Shown here: piece by piece, positions 9,077-18,626 of the stretch | Layout: every line of letters begins with the position of its first letter | Position numbering within the stretch: position 1 is the stretch's first letter | DNA from: a virus | Lineage: Duplodnaviria; Caudoviricetes | DNA length: 64,000 nucleotides | Virus record (IMG/VR): IMGVR_UViG_3300050514_000135 | Coordinates: 33,102-97,101 of that record | Direction: 5' to 3' (one strand) | Notes under the pieces: generated by a model | Told to the model about the DNA's origin: nothing | Database searches by the model: none | Seen by the model: only the letters and a program-made list of their open reading frames with translations | Program-made: the position numbers and the translations under genes

Positions 9077-9502
9077 TTACACCATGAAGAAGTCGGCTGG
9101 GTGACGCGCACCGGCGAGCGACTTCACGTAAGCGCAGTACTGGTTCATCAGGTTCGGACTCTTGACCGGCGCGCTGTTCTTGTCCTTGTAGTACCAGAAC
9201 TCGCCGTTTCCGAGCACCAGCACGTACGGCCTGCCGAACGGGAGGTCGGCCGGCGCGAGCTTGGTGGTGACGAGGAACTCGTAGGTCGAGGGGAACGGCA
9301 GCGTGATGTTCGTGGTGTTGCCGGCGAGCTGCTTCTCGACGAGCCACGCCTCGAACTTCGTCTTGTCGATGGGTAGGCAGCTGCCAGGCAGGGGTTGGAT
9401 CGGCTCAGCGCTGGAGCTCGCGCCCTTGCTCGTTCCTGACAGCAGCCACCACGCGCCCAGTACGCCAGCGCCGACCGCCCACGGGACCCAGTTGGTCGCC
9501 AT
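9077..9502 (-). CDS. Membrane protein, paralog of 7159..7785
   Basis: ATG at 9502; N-terminal TM; VLVLGNGEFWYY..SAPV shared with 7159..7785; ends HPADFFMV. Confidence 0.75.
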   Translation of the reverse strand: MATNWVPWAVGAGVLGAWWLLSGTSKGASSSAEPIQPLPGSCLPIDKTKFEAWLVEKQLAGNTTNITLPFPSTYEFLVTTKLAPADLPFGRPYVLVLGNGEFWYYKDKNSAPVKSPNLMNQYCAYVKSLAGARHPADFFMV

Positions 9503-10857
9503 TACGGTTGGTTCACTCCCCAGCGCTCCTTGTTCGGAGAGCTGTAGGCCCAGATCCCGGTCTGTCGAAAAACTTTTTCGGCCTTGTCCACGGTGTGCTC
9601 CAGTGCCGTTCCCCGAGCATACCCCAGTTGGCCGTACTGCACCGTGCCCTCGCTGACCCTGTACCCATCTGGGTTGATTAGTTCCCAAGTGGCGTGCTTG
9701 TGGACACGAAGCGTGAACACGCGCCCCGGGTCGTCTGCAGAGCCGTACTTGATGAGCGCGGTCTTGTTCCCGTTCGTGAAGGTGACCGTGTACGCGAGCG
9801 GGTTCTGCTGCAGGGAGAGGCCGGACGCTGCCTTGGGCGCGCCGACGACGATGCCCCCGACCACGACCGCGGCGACGCCCGCGAGCGCGACAGCGCCCCA
9901 CGGGAAGCCTGAGCTCTCGGTCGATCCCAAGCCAGGACTTGGTGTCGCTGTCGAGATCCCCGAGCTCGGCAGCGGCGCCGCCTCGTTCGTGCTCATGTAG
10001 TCCGCCGGCAGGACCACGCCTTTGGCGCACGACGCGCCGAGCGTGAAGAAGTCAGCCGGGTGGGGGGCGCCCGCTATGAAACAGGACGCCCCCGGCGCTT
10101 TTGGGTCCATCGCGTTCCACCTCTCCGCGAGGACCGCCGCGAGCAGCACGGGCAGCATGCGCGAGCCCTGGTAGATGTGGTCAGCGTAGCCCTGCGGGTC
10201 GAGGTCGGTGCAGCCGACCATGATGAGTCCGCCGCGCCGGCGCTTCGCCTTCCACGGCGGGGCCGGGTAGTCGATCGAGTAAGGCGTCGTCGCCGGCGGC
10301 ACGCCCACGTGCACCGACGTCGCCGGCACGTTGATCTCGGGCACCGGTGTGTCGGCTGCATAGGCTTCGGTGTTGCTCGTGAGCTTCTCCCAGAGCCAGT
10401 TCGCGGTCTCGGTCGTGCTCGCGTAGGGCGGGACCACGCTCGAGTACGAGTCGAGGAACAGGCGCTCGTTGTTTGCGGCGAGCGCCGCGAAGTCGAGCCA
10501 CGGCTTCATCCCGGCCGGGTTCAAGACGTGCTTGACCTTGTCGAGGTAGCCGACGTGGATCCCGTCGACGGCGACGACCGCGTCGACGCGCCCGCCGTCG
10601 CTCGACGAGAGCACCTGCGCGACGCCCTGGCAGCTCGCGCTGAACCCGAGCAGCCCGACTCGCAGCGGCGTCACGCCCGGCGCGTACTTCGCGATCATCG
10701 CTCGCACGCCGCCCCCGTACGGCGCGAGCGACTGCGCCCACGAGTCGGGGTTCGGCAGGTTGACGAACTTCGTCGGGCGCTTGAAGGCGGACTTCACCTG
10801 GTTCACGGGTATGCCGCCGTGATTCCAGGCGATCAGGACGTCCGCCTCCTCGGCCAC
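9502..10857 (-). CDS. Membrane-anchored alpha/beta-hydrolase-fold protein with a C-terminal extra domain
   Basis: GFSAS nucleophile elbow, VAVDGIH, DHIYQ; internal HPADFF; TM then LQQNP and ~95 aa domain. Confidence 0.65.
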   Translation of the reverse strand: MAEEADVLIAWNHGGIPVNQVKSAFKRPTKFVNLPNPDSWAQSLAPYGGGVRAMIAKYAPGVTPLRVGLLGFSASCQGVAQVLSSSDGGRVDAVVAVDGIHVGYLDKVKHVLNPAGMKPWLDFAALAANNERLFLDSYSSVVPPYASTTETANWLWEKLTSNTEAYAADTPVPEINVPATSVHVGVPPATTPYSIDYPAPPWKAKRRRGGLIMVGCTDLDPQGYADHIYQGSRMLPVLLAAVLAERWNAMDPKAPGASCFIAGAPHPADFFTLGASCAKGVVLPADYMSTNEAAPLPSSGISTATPSPGLGSTESSGFPWGAVALAGVAAVVVGGIVVGAPKAASGLSLQQNPLAYTVTFTNGNKTALIKYGSADDPGRVFTLRVHKHATWELINPDGYRVSEGTVQYGQLGYARGTALEHTVDKAEKVFRQTGIWAYSSPNKERWGVNQP

Positions 10858-10860
10858 GGC

Positions 10861-11415
10861 TCACACTTCCTGCACGAGCGCGTACGAGAGCCCGCCGAGC
10901 GCGTCGGCCGTGCCGGTGGCGCCGGTCACGCGGAGCTTCACCGTCTGGTTGACGCTGGGCGTGTGGAAGGTCTCGGCAGTCGGCTGGAAGTTCTCGTTGT
11001 TCGTGTTGGTGACCGGCGTGAGGAACGCGCCGTGATCGGCGTGCAGCACGGCGTTCGTGTTCGCGTCCACCCACTCGATCCCGATATTGGTCGTCTCGCC
11101 CGTGTAGTTCGCGAGCGTGAAGTGCGCGGTGAGCCGGTAGTTCTTGTTCCCCGTGAGAGTGAACACGCCGTTCAGCGGGTTGTACGGGATGTCGCCGTAA
11201 CCGGGCGTGTCCATCACGATGTCGGTGTTGGCGGCGAGCGACTGCCCACCACCGGCCGAGTATGAGGTCTGCACGTAGTCCTTGGCGACCGCCTGCGACG
11301 GGTGCGAGGACTGCTGCGAGACGCCGAGGATCCACTGCCCGATCGGGCTGCCGAGACCAAACTGCGAGGCGACCTGCATCGCCAGACCATGGAGTTTAGA
11401 ACGAGCCATGCTCAC
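10861..11415 (-). CDS. Putative virion protein, C1q/BclA-like beta domain; paralog of 6591..7154
   Basis: Shared N-terminal ~30 aa; NGVFTLTGNKNYRLTA beta pattern. Confidence 0.65.
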   Translation of the reverse strand: MSMARSKLHGLAMQVASQFGLGSPIGQWILGVSQQSSHPSQAVAKDYVQTSYSAGGGQSLAANTDIVMDTPGYGDIPYNPLNGVFTLTGNKNYRLTAHFTLANYTGETTNIGIEWVDANTNAVLHADHGAFLTPVTNTNNENFQPTAETFHTPSVNQTVKLRVTGATGTADALGGLSYALVQEV

Positions 11416-11786
11416 GCCTTCGCTTCGATGTTGGCTGCAGCAGCTGCTGCCGCCGCCTCTTTCTCGATCCGCACGTCCTCGTCGAGCTTCTTGTCGATGG
11501 CGCGCGCGGCGAGCTGGGTCCTGACGGCTACGACGACCGATACAGCGAACCAGATCAGGAGCATCGCCAGGAACGCTGCCTTGGGCGCGTGAGCGCCGGG
11601 CACGAAGCCGGAGAGGGCGAAGCCCGCGGCGAAGACGAGCAGGCGCTCGGCGGTCTTCCGAGCGTTCGTGTGCCGGTCCATGAGCTTGAACTGCTTCTTC
11701 CAGTCAGGCTCGTAGTCGTCGGGCGGGAGCATGTCTCGGAACTGCTCCTTCTCTTTGCCTTGCAATCCTTTTTGTTCGATGGCCAT
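11412..11786 (-). CDS. Two-TM membrane protein
   Basis: Two hydrophobic helices; AAGGAA RBS. Confidence 0.65.
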   Translation of the reverse strand: MAIEQKGLQGKEKEQFRDMLPPDDYEPDWKKQFKLMDRHTNARKTAERLLVFAAGFALSGFVPGAHAPKAAFLAMLLIWFAVSVVVAVRTQLAARAIDKKLDEDVRIEKEAAAAAAAANIEAKA

Positions 11787-11795
11787 CTCGTTCCT

Positions 11796-12095
11796 TTACT
11801 TCACAGGCACCGCGACGACCAGCGCGAGCTCCCCGTCCGGGTCGTCGTAGGTGAACTTCGGTCTTTCGTCGGGGTCCTCGGTCTCGCGCGGGAGTTCGCG
11901 CCGAGCCGCGGTCCAACCTTCGTCGGTGTACCCGCGGCACTCGCCGGTTGTGTCGATCAGGTGCACGTGGAGACTGCCCATGTACCCGACGTCGCGCGCG
12001 GCTTCGTGCAGGATGTCGCTCGGATCCGTGCCCTCGACCAACTTTGGCTTCGTCTTCTTGCCCACGACGGTGATCTCGTATCCCATGCCGCTCAC
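11796..12095 (-). CDS. Hypothetical protein
   Basis: GTG at 12095 overlaps the upstream TGA. Confidence 0.5.
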   Translation of the reverse strand: MSGMGYEITVVGKKTKPKLVEGTDPSDILHEAARDVGYMGSLHVHLIDTTGECRGYTDEGWTAARRELPRETEDPDERPKFTYDDPDGELALVVAVPVK

Positions 12096-12928
12096 CAGTA
12101 TCCGTAAAAGAATATGTAGTCGACTTGGCAATTGGCGTTCGACTTCGGGCCGAGCACAGCCGTCGGGCGCAGGTTCGTTGTGTTCAGTGGCAGCGTCAGC
12201 GTGATGTCGCCATCGAAGAGCGTGGTTCCGTTGCTGATGTCGAGAACCTGGACGTGAACCTTGGTGTCGTTGGGCAGCGCATACATGCGAACCTCCATCA
12301 CGCGAGGCCCGCCAGTGGTCGGGTCACCGATGATCGCGTTCGCCTTACTGATCACTGCCGCGCTCTTGGTCGCCGTCGCCGCATTGTCTGTTGAGATGAT
12401 CGTTAGGTCGGTATCGCCCGTGCTCGCTCCGAGAACGATTCGATTGCCGGTGGCAGCAGGATCGGCGCCGCCGCCGATAACCGCGTTGTTGGTTCCGATC
12501 GAAACGACCGCGTCTGCCGTCAGTGCGACGATCGCCAAACGATGGCAGAAGAAAAACCCTCCGACTCCTGCCACCGCTCCGCGGCACATTCCTGGGTCGG
12601 TGAAGTTGTGCCCGACAAGCACGTTGGCCGTGCTGGTCGTCGTGTTCACGCGCGATGAAGCGGTGCGGAGATCCGCGTTCGTCAACGCTGGGGTATTCGA
12701 ACCGGAAAGAGTGTTGCTGACGATCGCGAGATTGCTGATAGTGCCGCCCGCCGCGCTCGTCGGCGCGATATAACGAAAAGTTCTACCCTTCAGCGCCGTC
12801 GCGACGGCTGCCGGCAGCGCGGCAAAGTCGGGAACGTTCGCGCCGATGGTCGCCCCGGTGATGGTGACAGCGTTGCCCGCTACTAGTGAGCGCTCGCCGA
12901 CAGCGTCGTCGTGTACGGTGATGGGCAT
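12092..12928 (-). CDS. Putative spike/receptor-binding protein, lectin-like beta domain
   Basis: Thr/Ala/Gly/Asn-rich and beta-rich; ends VDYIFFYGYW; lies in the spike block. Confidence 0.6.
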   Translation of the reverse strand: MPITVHDDAVGERSLVAGNAVTITGATIGANVPDFAALPAAVATALKGRTFRYIAPTSAAGGTISNLAIVSNTLSGSNTPALTNADLRTASSRVNTTTSTANVLVGHNFTDPGMCRGAVAGVGGFFFCHRLAIVALTADAVVSIGTNNAVIGGGADPAATGNRIVLGASTGDTDLTIISTDNAATATKSAAVISKANAIIGDPTTGGPRVMEVRMYALPNDTKVHVQVLDISNGTTLFDGDITLTLPLNTTNLRPTAVLGPKSNANCQVDYIFFYGYW

Positions 12929-14223
12929 TAGGAGAACAATCCGATCGAGGCGCCGTTGTTGGCGTTCAGGATAGAGCTCTGCGGGGCGGCGACGATGGTC
13001 GCCCAGGTCACGGCTGCGGTCCCGCCGATGATCGCGTCAGACGCGCCCGTGATGGTCGGTGTGGCGTTGAACGTGAGCTTTCCTCCCGACCGCGTGCGGA
13101 CTCCGGTTCCACCGCTTCCCGTGCCCCAGAGTAGATCGTTGCCACTCAAGAAAGCATCGCACCTCACCTCGCCGTCCTCGACGAGTACGGCATCGCTCGT
13201 GGCGTCGAACACTGCCGCAGTACCGACGCGGGCGACGCCACCGTAGCGACAGCGCCAGCCGTTGTTGCCAGACTGCGAAAACAGCGTGTCGTAATCGAGG
13301 AAGGCGACCGTGCCGTTTTGAAAGGTCGGGCGAGACCGACATAGGCAGCCGAAGTAGGCCACGGTGCTGCCCGGGGCGGCGTGGATGACGCCCGTGTCGA
13401 TGAAGCACTCACACATGACCGCGCTCACGGGACAGTGGACGCGGCAGCCGTAGAAGAGCGGCGAGTTGGTGACCGTCGCGAGCGGCAGGACCGAGACGCA
13501 CACGTCGGCTTGCGTAAGGTACAAGTCCGACACGACGATCTGAGTACCGTTCGTGGTGAGCGCTCCGCCGAACTGAGCGGACAGGTTGTTGATCGCGAGG
13601 TACCCGATCTGAGTGAGGCTCTCGATCACGAACGTGTTACCCGCGGCGGCCGCGGCGGCGGTCGGGTTTCCAGGGATGGGGCTCGCGGCGAGGTTCACGC
13701 TGCCCCACGGGCTCGTGCGGTACACTCCGCCCCCGCCGTCCTTGTCGAGCCAGGCGAGCGCCCCCACGGTGCCACTCGTCAGTCGAACGCGTTGACCGGT
13801 GCGACCGGCTCCCATGCCGGCCTCGGTGACCGAGCTCGGCGTGTTCGTCGCGCGGTTCAAGGCCGTGACGGCGGAGAACCCGCCGCCGGGAGACGTATAG
13901 GTCGTCGTGGCGACGCCCTTGATTCGGAGGCAACCGGCGGAGCCGAGCGTGAACGTGAAGATGCACGGGTCGGTCGATGGCACGTCGGTCAAGTACGTGA
14001 CGGTCGTGTCCCCGACGATGTTCCAGACCACGCCCACGCGGCGCTGGCGCTCGGCGTCGGTCTTCAGCGCGGTGCCGGAGGTGAGGCCGGTGTTCGTGTC
14101 GAGTCCTGCGACCGGGTCGATGAACCACGCGGTCTGCGTCGAGGACGCGCCCGTGAGCGGTGCCACGCCCACCGAGACATTGAGATTCGCGTTCGGGGAG
14201 AGGATGACTTGCGGAGTCGTCAT
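12928..14223 (-). CDS. Spike/tailspike-like beta-helix protein (paralog 1)
   Basis: WFIDPVAGLDTNTG..ALKT..E..RR motif typical of the start of pectin-lyase-like folds. Confidence 0.7.
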   Translation of the reverse strand: MTTPQVILSPNANLNVSVGVAPLTGASSTQTAWFIDPVAGLDTNTGLTSGTALKTDAERQRRVGVVWNIVGDTTVTYLTDVPSTDPCIFTFTLGSAGCLRIKGVATTTYTSPGGGFSAVTALNRATNTPSSVTEAGMGAGRTGQRVRLTSGTVGALAWLDKDGGGGVYRTSPWGSVNLAASPIPGNPTAAAAAAGNTFVIESLTQIGYLAINNLSAQFGGALTTNGTQIVVSDLYLTQADVCVSVLPLATVTNSPLFYGCRVHCPVSAVMCECFIDTGVIHAAPGSTVAYFGCLCRSRPTFQNGTVAFLDYDTLFSQSGNNGWRCRYGGVARVGTAAVFDATSDAVLVEDGEVRCDAFLSGNDLLWGTGSGGTGVRTRSGGKLTFNATPTITGASDAIIGGTAAVTWATIVAAPQSSILNANNGASIGLFS

Positions 14224-15485
14224 GAGCGCAACCCCGCCATCGCTCCGTTATTGAGATTCCACATCGAGCTCTGAGCGGCGGCCGCGACCGTTGCCCACGT
14301 CACCGCCGCGGCTCCACCGAGCACGACGTCGCCGCCGGTCGATGTGATCGTCGGTTGGTTACCAGCGCTGTTCCAGGAGATGCCTCCCCTCGATCGCACC
14401 TGCACCGCGCCGCCGGTGTTCGTGTTGTTTAGACCCCAAAGAATCGCGGTATTGTCCATCTGCGCGAGGACGTCGATCACGACGTTGAACGAACCAACAC
14501 CGGTCCGGTCGAAACTACCGACGGCAGCTTGGACAGAAACGAACGCACCCAAGTTCGCCTGTATCTGCGCGTTCTGTAGGAACGACGGGGCTACTGCAAA
14601 GATGATGCGTCCCTGGTTAGCCAAGACTGTCGCGAAAGCCGCATGGCCGGAGATAATGAGAGTGGCTAGACCGCTCGACAGTGTGGCCACGTTAGAACAG
14701 CCGTTCAGACGTGGGTTACTGCCAATAACGAAACCCAGTTGCTGAGTCTGCATGCGACAGCCGGTCACCAAGAACTGGCTCGCTGATCCTGGGCACTGCG
14801 CGAAGGACAAGCGTCCGCCGGGGGCGTCCGCCTCAATCGCTAAGTTTTCTACCGATCCCACCCCGTTGAACAGCAGGCAATCGATCCCCGCTATGCGGGT
14901 GCCAAGGGTCTCGATAGCGAACGTGTCATTGACGGCCGGAGAGACGGCGGCCAGCGTCGTCGGGCTGATGAATTGAGACACACGCGCGGTGTTCGCCCCG
15001 AGATCAGCCAGAACCCACGCGAAGGCGCCGGAGTTGGCCCCGCTCGTGAGTCGCACGCGCCGCTGAACGTGAGCAGCCCAGACAATAGGAGTAGTCGTGT
15101 CCGCCAGTCGCGCGTCTTGACTGGTCGCCGCGTTCGTCGCCGTGAACGCAGTGACGACGCCGGTCGCTTGCAGTGTCGGAGTACCGGTCCAATTGATTCG
15201 CTGGTTCGAGACGTCGACGAGAGCGTCGATGAACTGAGTTGGAAAGTCCCCGGTCAACGCGACGCTGATCGTGCCGATTCCTGGCGCGAAGGATCGACCG
15301 TTCCACCGCCGAGCAAGTTCGGCCAAGGTCAATAGAGGGGAAGCGGCCGTACCGACGTTGTTGTCGTTGCCAGTCGTACTGCTCACTCCCCAATCGATCT
15401 GCGTGAGGTAACCCTCGTCCGTTCCCACGCCTGTCACCACGGCGAGGTTGGTGTTCGGAGAGAGAAGAACTTGTCCCGTCGTCAT
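14220..15485 (-). CDS. Spike/tailspike-like beta-helix protein (paralog 2)
   Basis: WGVSSTTGNDNNVGTAASPLLTLAELARR; both termini similar to 12928..14223. Confidence 0.7.
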   Translation of the reverse strand: MTTGQVLLSPNTNLAVVTGVGTDEGYLTQIDWGVSSTTGNDNNVGTAASPLLTLAELARRWNGRSFAPGIGTISVALTGDFPTQFIDALVDVSNQRINWTGTPTLQATGVVTAFTATNAATSQDARLADTTTPIVWAAHVQRRVRLTSGANSGAFAWVLADLGANTARVSQFISPTTLAAVSPAVNDTFAIETLGTRIAGIDCLLFNGVGSVENLAIEADAPGGRLSFAQCPGSASQFLVTGCRMQTQQLGFVIGSNPRLNGCSNVATLSSGLATLIISGHAAFATVLANQGRIIFAVAPSFLQNAQIQANLGAFVSVQAAVGSFDRTGVGSFNVVIDVLAQMDNTAILWGLNNTNTGGAVQVRSRGGISWNSAGNQPTITSTGGDVVLGGAAAVTWATVAAAAQSSMWNLNNGAMAGLRS

Positions 15486-15486
15486 C

Positions 15487-17163
15487 TCACTGCCTCACGT
15501 TGATGAAGGCATTGTTGGGAGGCGCGGCCACTGCCGGTGCAGTCGCCCAGTCAATGGCGGCGGCGCCGGCGAGTACGACGTCGAGTCCTGGTGTAGCGCC
15601 GGTCGCCGTGGGCTTGGTCACGTACATGACACCGCAGCCGTTGCGCACGCGGAGCGCGTTCGTCACCGTATTCCCTGCCGCGCCGTAGAAGATCGCTCCG
15701 CTAGTCGACATGACCCACATTGCGAAGTCTTCCACTCGCATCAGTTCGGTGAGGAAGCCGTTGACCACACCGAAGCACGCCCGCGGGTTGATGTCCTCGA
15801 GCGAGGAGCCGTTGCCCAGCAAGAAGGCCGCGTTGTTGACCCCGTTACCGTCCTGCAACCATCGATTGCTGATGATGTCCGCACCCTCGAGCGTCTGCAT
15901 CTCGGTGCACTGGCAGACGCCCTGGCAGAAGAAGTTACCCTTCCCGAAGGAGAAGGAGCTGCCGCCGATGACCTGGACGCCGTTCAGGTTGAACGTGCCC
16001 TCGACGATGTGCGTGCCGCCCGCGACTTGGATGAACTGAGCGCCGAAGACCTGGGCGACCGAAGCACGACCGCCGAGCATGTAGGAGTGCGGGATGATCG
16101 TGTTCGCGGCGGAGCCGATCGAGACGTCGCGCAGTCGGTAGATACAGTTCCCGAGAATTTGAACGTTGAAAGCTTGGAGCTGCGTGTCGAAAGTCTCTAT
16201 TACGTAGCTGTCTCCGATGGCCGGGTTGACGTTAGATACCGAGCCGGCAAAGACGACCGGTGCGATGAGTTGGAAGGTCCCGACGTTCGCGGTGGTCGCC
16301 CCGGGACTCGAGGTGATGAAGGTCACAGCGCCAGCGTTCGTGCCGCTGGTCATGCGGATGCGGCGATTGACGTGTGGGCCGAAGTTCTGCGCGGCGTCGA
16401 CGAGTTGCGTTCGAGTACCGGTCGCGGCGTTCTCGGCGGTGTAACCGGTGATTGTACCGGCGCCCACCTGGGTCATCGTGCCCTGGATATTCATCTGGCC
16501 GCCGCCGGTGAACGCAGTTCCCGCGCACGACCAGTTCGCGAAGAGCACGAGGTCCTGAGTCGGGAAAGTCCCGGCGAGCGTGACCGTGATCGACGTGAGA
16601 GCGGGCGAGAAAGTCCTGCCCATGAACCGGCGATTCAATTCGCCGATCGTCAAGAGTGGCGTGAGCGCCGTCGAGCCGTCGTTCGCGTCGTTGCCCGTCG
16701 CCGAGTTCACGAACCACGCGGCCTGCGTTAGGAACGGTAGCGTGAAGTCACGCACCCACGCCGCGCCGGTCCAGACCAGGATGTCGCCCGCGAAGAGGCC
16801 GGGCGGGAGCCCGCCACCAGGCGCGCCTTGAACAGTCGGCACCCACGTCGCGCCGTTCCAGACGAGCGTGTCGCCGACCGCTGGTGGCAGCGCGTTCGGC
16901 ACCCACGCACTCACGCCATCCCAGACCAGGATGTCGCCGAGCTCGACACCAGGAGGTAAGACGCCACCGGGCAGCGCGATCGGGATCCACTTCGTGCCGT
17001 TCCAGACAAGAGTGTTGCCAGGCGCTGGCGGGACCGCGTTCGCGACCCACGCCGAGCCGTCCCAGAACAAGATGTCGCCGATGTCGATCCCGAGCGGGAG
17101 GACGCCACCGGGGCCTCCGCCGCCGCCGGGCGAGTACGGGGTCTTGTCCCAGAAGTTCCTCAT
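15487..17163 (-). CDS. Spike/fibre protein with N-terminal GD(I/T)LxWxGxxW repeats (paralog 3)
   Basis: Five G[DN][IT]L[FV]W[DNT]G..W repeats, then WFVNSATGNDANDGSTALTPLLTIGELNRR. Confidence 0.72.
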   Translation of the reverse strand: MRNFWDKTPYSPGGGGGPGGVLPLGIDIGDILFWDGSAWVANAVPPAPGNTLVWNGTKWIPIALPGGVLPPGVELGDILVWDGVSAWVPNALPPAVGDTLVWNGATWVPTVQGAPGGGLPPGLFAGDILVWTGAAWVRDFTLPFLTQAAWFVNSATGNDANDGSTALTPLLTIGELNRRFMGRTFSPALTSITVTLAGTFPTQDLVLFANWSCAGTAFTGGGQMNIQGTMTQVGAGTITGYTAENAATGTRTQLVDAAQNFGPHVNRRIRMTSGTNAGAVTFITSSPGATTANVGTFQLIAPVVFAGSVSNVNPAIGDSYVIETFDTQLQAFNVQILGNCIYRLRDVSIGSAANTIIPHSYMLGGRASVAQVFGAQFIQVAGGTHIVEGTFNLNGVQVIGGSSFSFGKGNFFCQGVCQCTEMQTLEGADIISNRWLQDGNGVNNAAFLLGNGSSLEDINPRACFGVVNGFLTELMRVEDFAMWVMSTSGAIFYGAAGNTVTNALRVRNGCGVMYVTKPTATGATPGLDVVLAGAAAIDWATAPAVAAPPNNAFINVRQ

Positions 17164-18596
17164 GTCGTGCTCGCCACGATCCGCGAGAGGTTCAGAGCAT
17201 CCGTGTACGGGATCGCGGCGTAGAGCTTGTCAGTGCCTCCCACGTGCGTGTCCGAGACGGCACCCGTGAGCTCGGGCTTGTTCGCGCCGTAGTACACGCC
17301 GCCGCCGTTGTGCACGTCGATGCCGTAGGACACGGGCGCGATGAACGCCGCGGTCTGCCACATGCGCCCGGTGAAGCGGTAGAAGGCCATATCGCCGATG
17401 TCCACGCCGCCCGAGCCGCCGACCGTGATGAAACCGTGGTTCGTGACCGTCGCCTGCGCGCCGCCGGTCATCTGGAAGCCGCCCGCGCGGTTGACGACGC
17501 GGTCCATGGTCGCCCAGCAGCCGGCCTGTAGGATCGGCGTGCACGACTGGAACGCGGGCCCTCCCATTCGGTAGACGCCCGTCGAGAACGTCGGCACGCC
17601 GGACACCCACATGCAGCCGAGGAAGTCCGCGTTCGAGTCCTGGAAAGACGCCTGACCCACGTTGAACGGGAATTGGACACCGAAGAAGGTCAGGCGACCG
17701 AGCGACGAGGCGTTGGTCGCCACTCCGCCCTTGGCGGTCATCGGCTTGTCGACCTGCGGAACGATCGCCAGGTCGCGGATCACGACGTCGCCCGAGCCCA
17801 CGTTCTCGACGTCGATCCAGCCGAGCTGCGTCGCGGTCACGTCCTCGATGAACTCGGTGTCGCCGGGGTTCAGCACCGTGTCGGTGTTGAAGATGTCCGT
17901 GAAGTAGCTCGTGGTCGCGGTCGTCGCCGAGGGGAAGGCGAGCAGCCAGCCTACGGCGCCGGTCGCGCTGTCGCGCACGCGCTGGTTCGGGAACGTGTTC
18001 AGGACGCCGGGCGTGGTGTCGAGCACCGCGGCCGTGTGCGCGGTCTCGTCGTACGGCGTGAAAGCGGAGACCGTGCGCGTTGCGGAAGCGCTGGGCGTGC
18101 CCACGATCGTGGTCGTCGTGTTCGGCGCGGGCGCGAGGCGCACGTGCAGGTCCTGGAGCGAGAAGTCACCCTCGAGCGTGATGGTCGTGTCCTGCAGGAT
18201 CGACCTGTCGTTCAGACGGCACGCGAGCTCGGTCACGGTCAGGAGCGCCGTGGCGGGTGTGAAGCCGTCGTTGATGTCGCTGCCGGTCACGGCGTTGACG
18301 AACCACGTGGCCTGCAGCACGTAAGCGTTGACGCCGCACAGGCTCGCGGAGCCTCCCCCGGGGATCGTGACGTCGACCCGCCCCGGTCCCACGGCGGCCG
18401 AGACCCCGGCGCCGACGAAGTTCACGGTCGTGAACGACCCGATCGGCGCGCCCTGGTTCAGGAAGGCGAGCGTGTTGCCCGCGGAAGCGACGAAGTCGTC
18501 GACCTTCTGCGAGATAGCGAGGCGCCACGCGCCCAGTTTGCCGTGGAGCGATCTCTCGCTCGCGGCTGCTTTCAGGAGTGAGAGGATCCTGCCCAT
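17160..18596 (-). CDS. Spike-like beta-helix protein with an SLH N-terminal tag (paralog 4)
   Basis: LSLLKAAASERSLHGKLGAW leader; TTVNFVGAGV; WFVNAVTGSDINDG..LLTVTEL. Confidence 0.7.
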   Translation of the reverse strand: MGRILSLLKAAASERSLHGKLGAWRLAISQKVDDFVASAGNTLAFLNQGAPIGSFTTVNFVGAGVSAAVGPGRVDVTIPGGGSASLCGVNAYVLQATWFVNAVTGSDINDGFTPATALLTVTELACRLNDRSILQDTTITLEGDFSLQDLHVRLAPAPNTTTTIVGTPSASATRTVSAFTPYDETAHTAAVLDTTPGVLNTFPNQRVRDSATGAVGWLLAFPSATTATTSYFTDIFNTDTVLNPGDTEFIEDVTATQLGWIDVENVGSGDVVIRDLAIVPQVDKPMTAKGGVATNASSLGRLTFFGVQFPFNVGQASFQDSNADFLGCMWVSGVPTFSTGVYRMGGPAFQSCTPILQAGCWATMDRVVNRAGGFQMTGGAQATVTNHGFITVGGSGGVDIGDMAFYRFTGRMWQTAAFIAPVSYGIDVHNGGGVYYGANKPELTGAVSDTHVGGTDKLYAAIPYTDALNLSRIVASTT

Positions 18597-18626
18597 CGTG
18601 GTCCGATTTCGGTTTATCCTAACCCG

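Noticed and set aside
16740-17100. Repeated DNA units in the 15487..17163 gene as a repeat element
   Set aside because: Explained by coding GDILxWxG protein repeats
12928-18596. Diversity-generating retroelement or shufflon acting on the spike genes
   Set aside because: No reverse transcriptase, no near-identical TR/VR pair and no inverted cassettes or adjacent invertase
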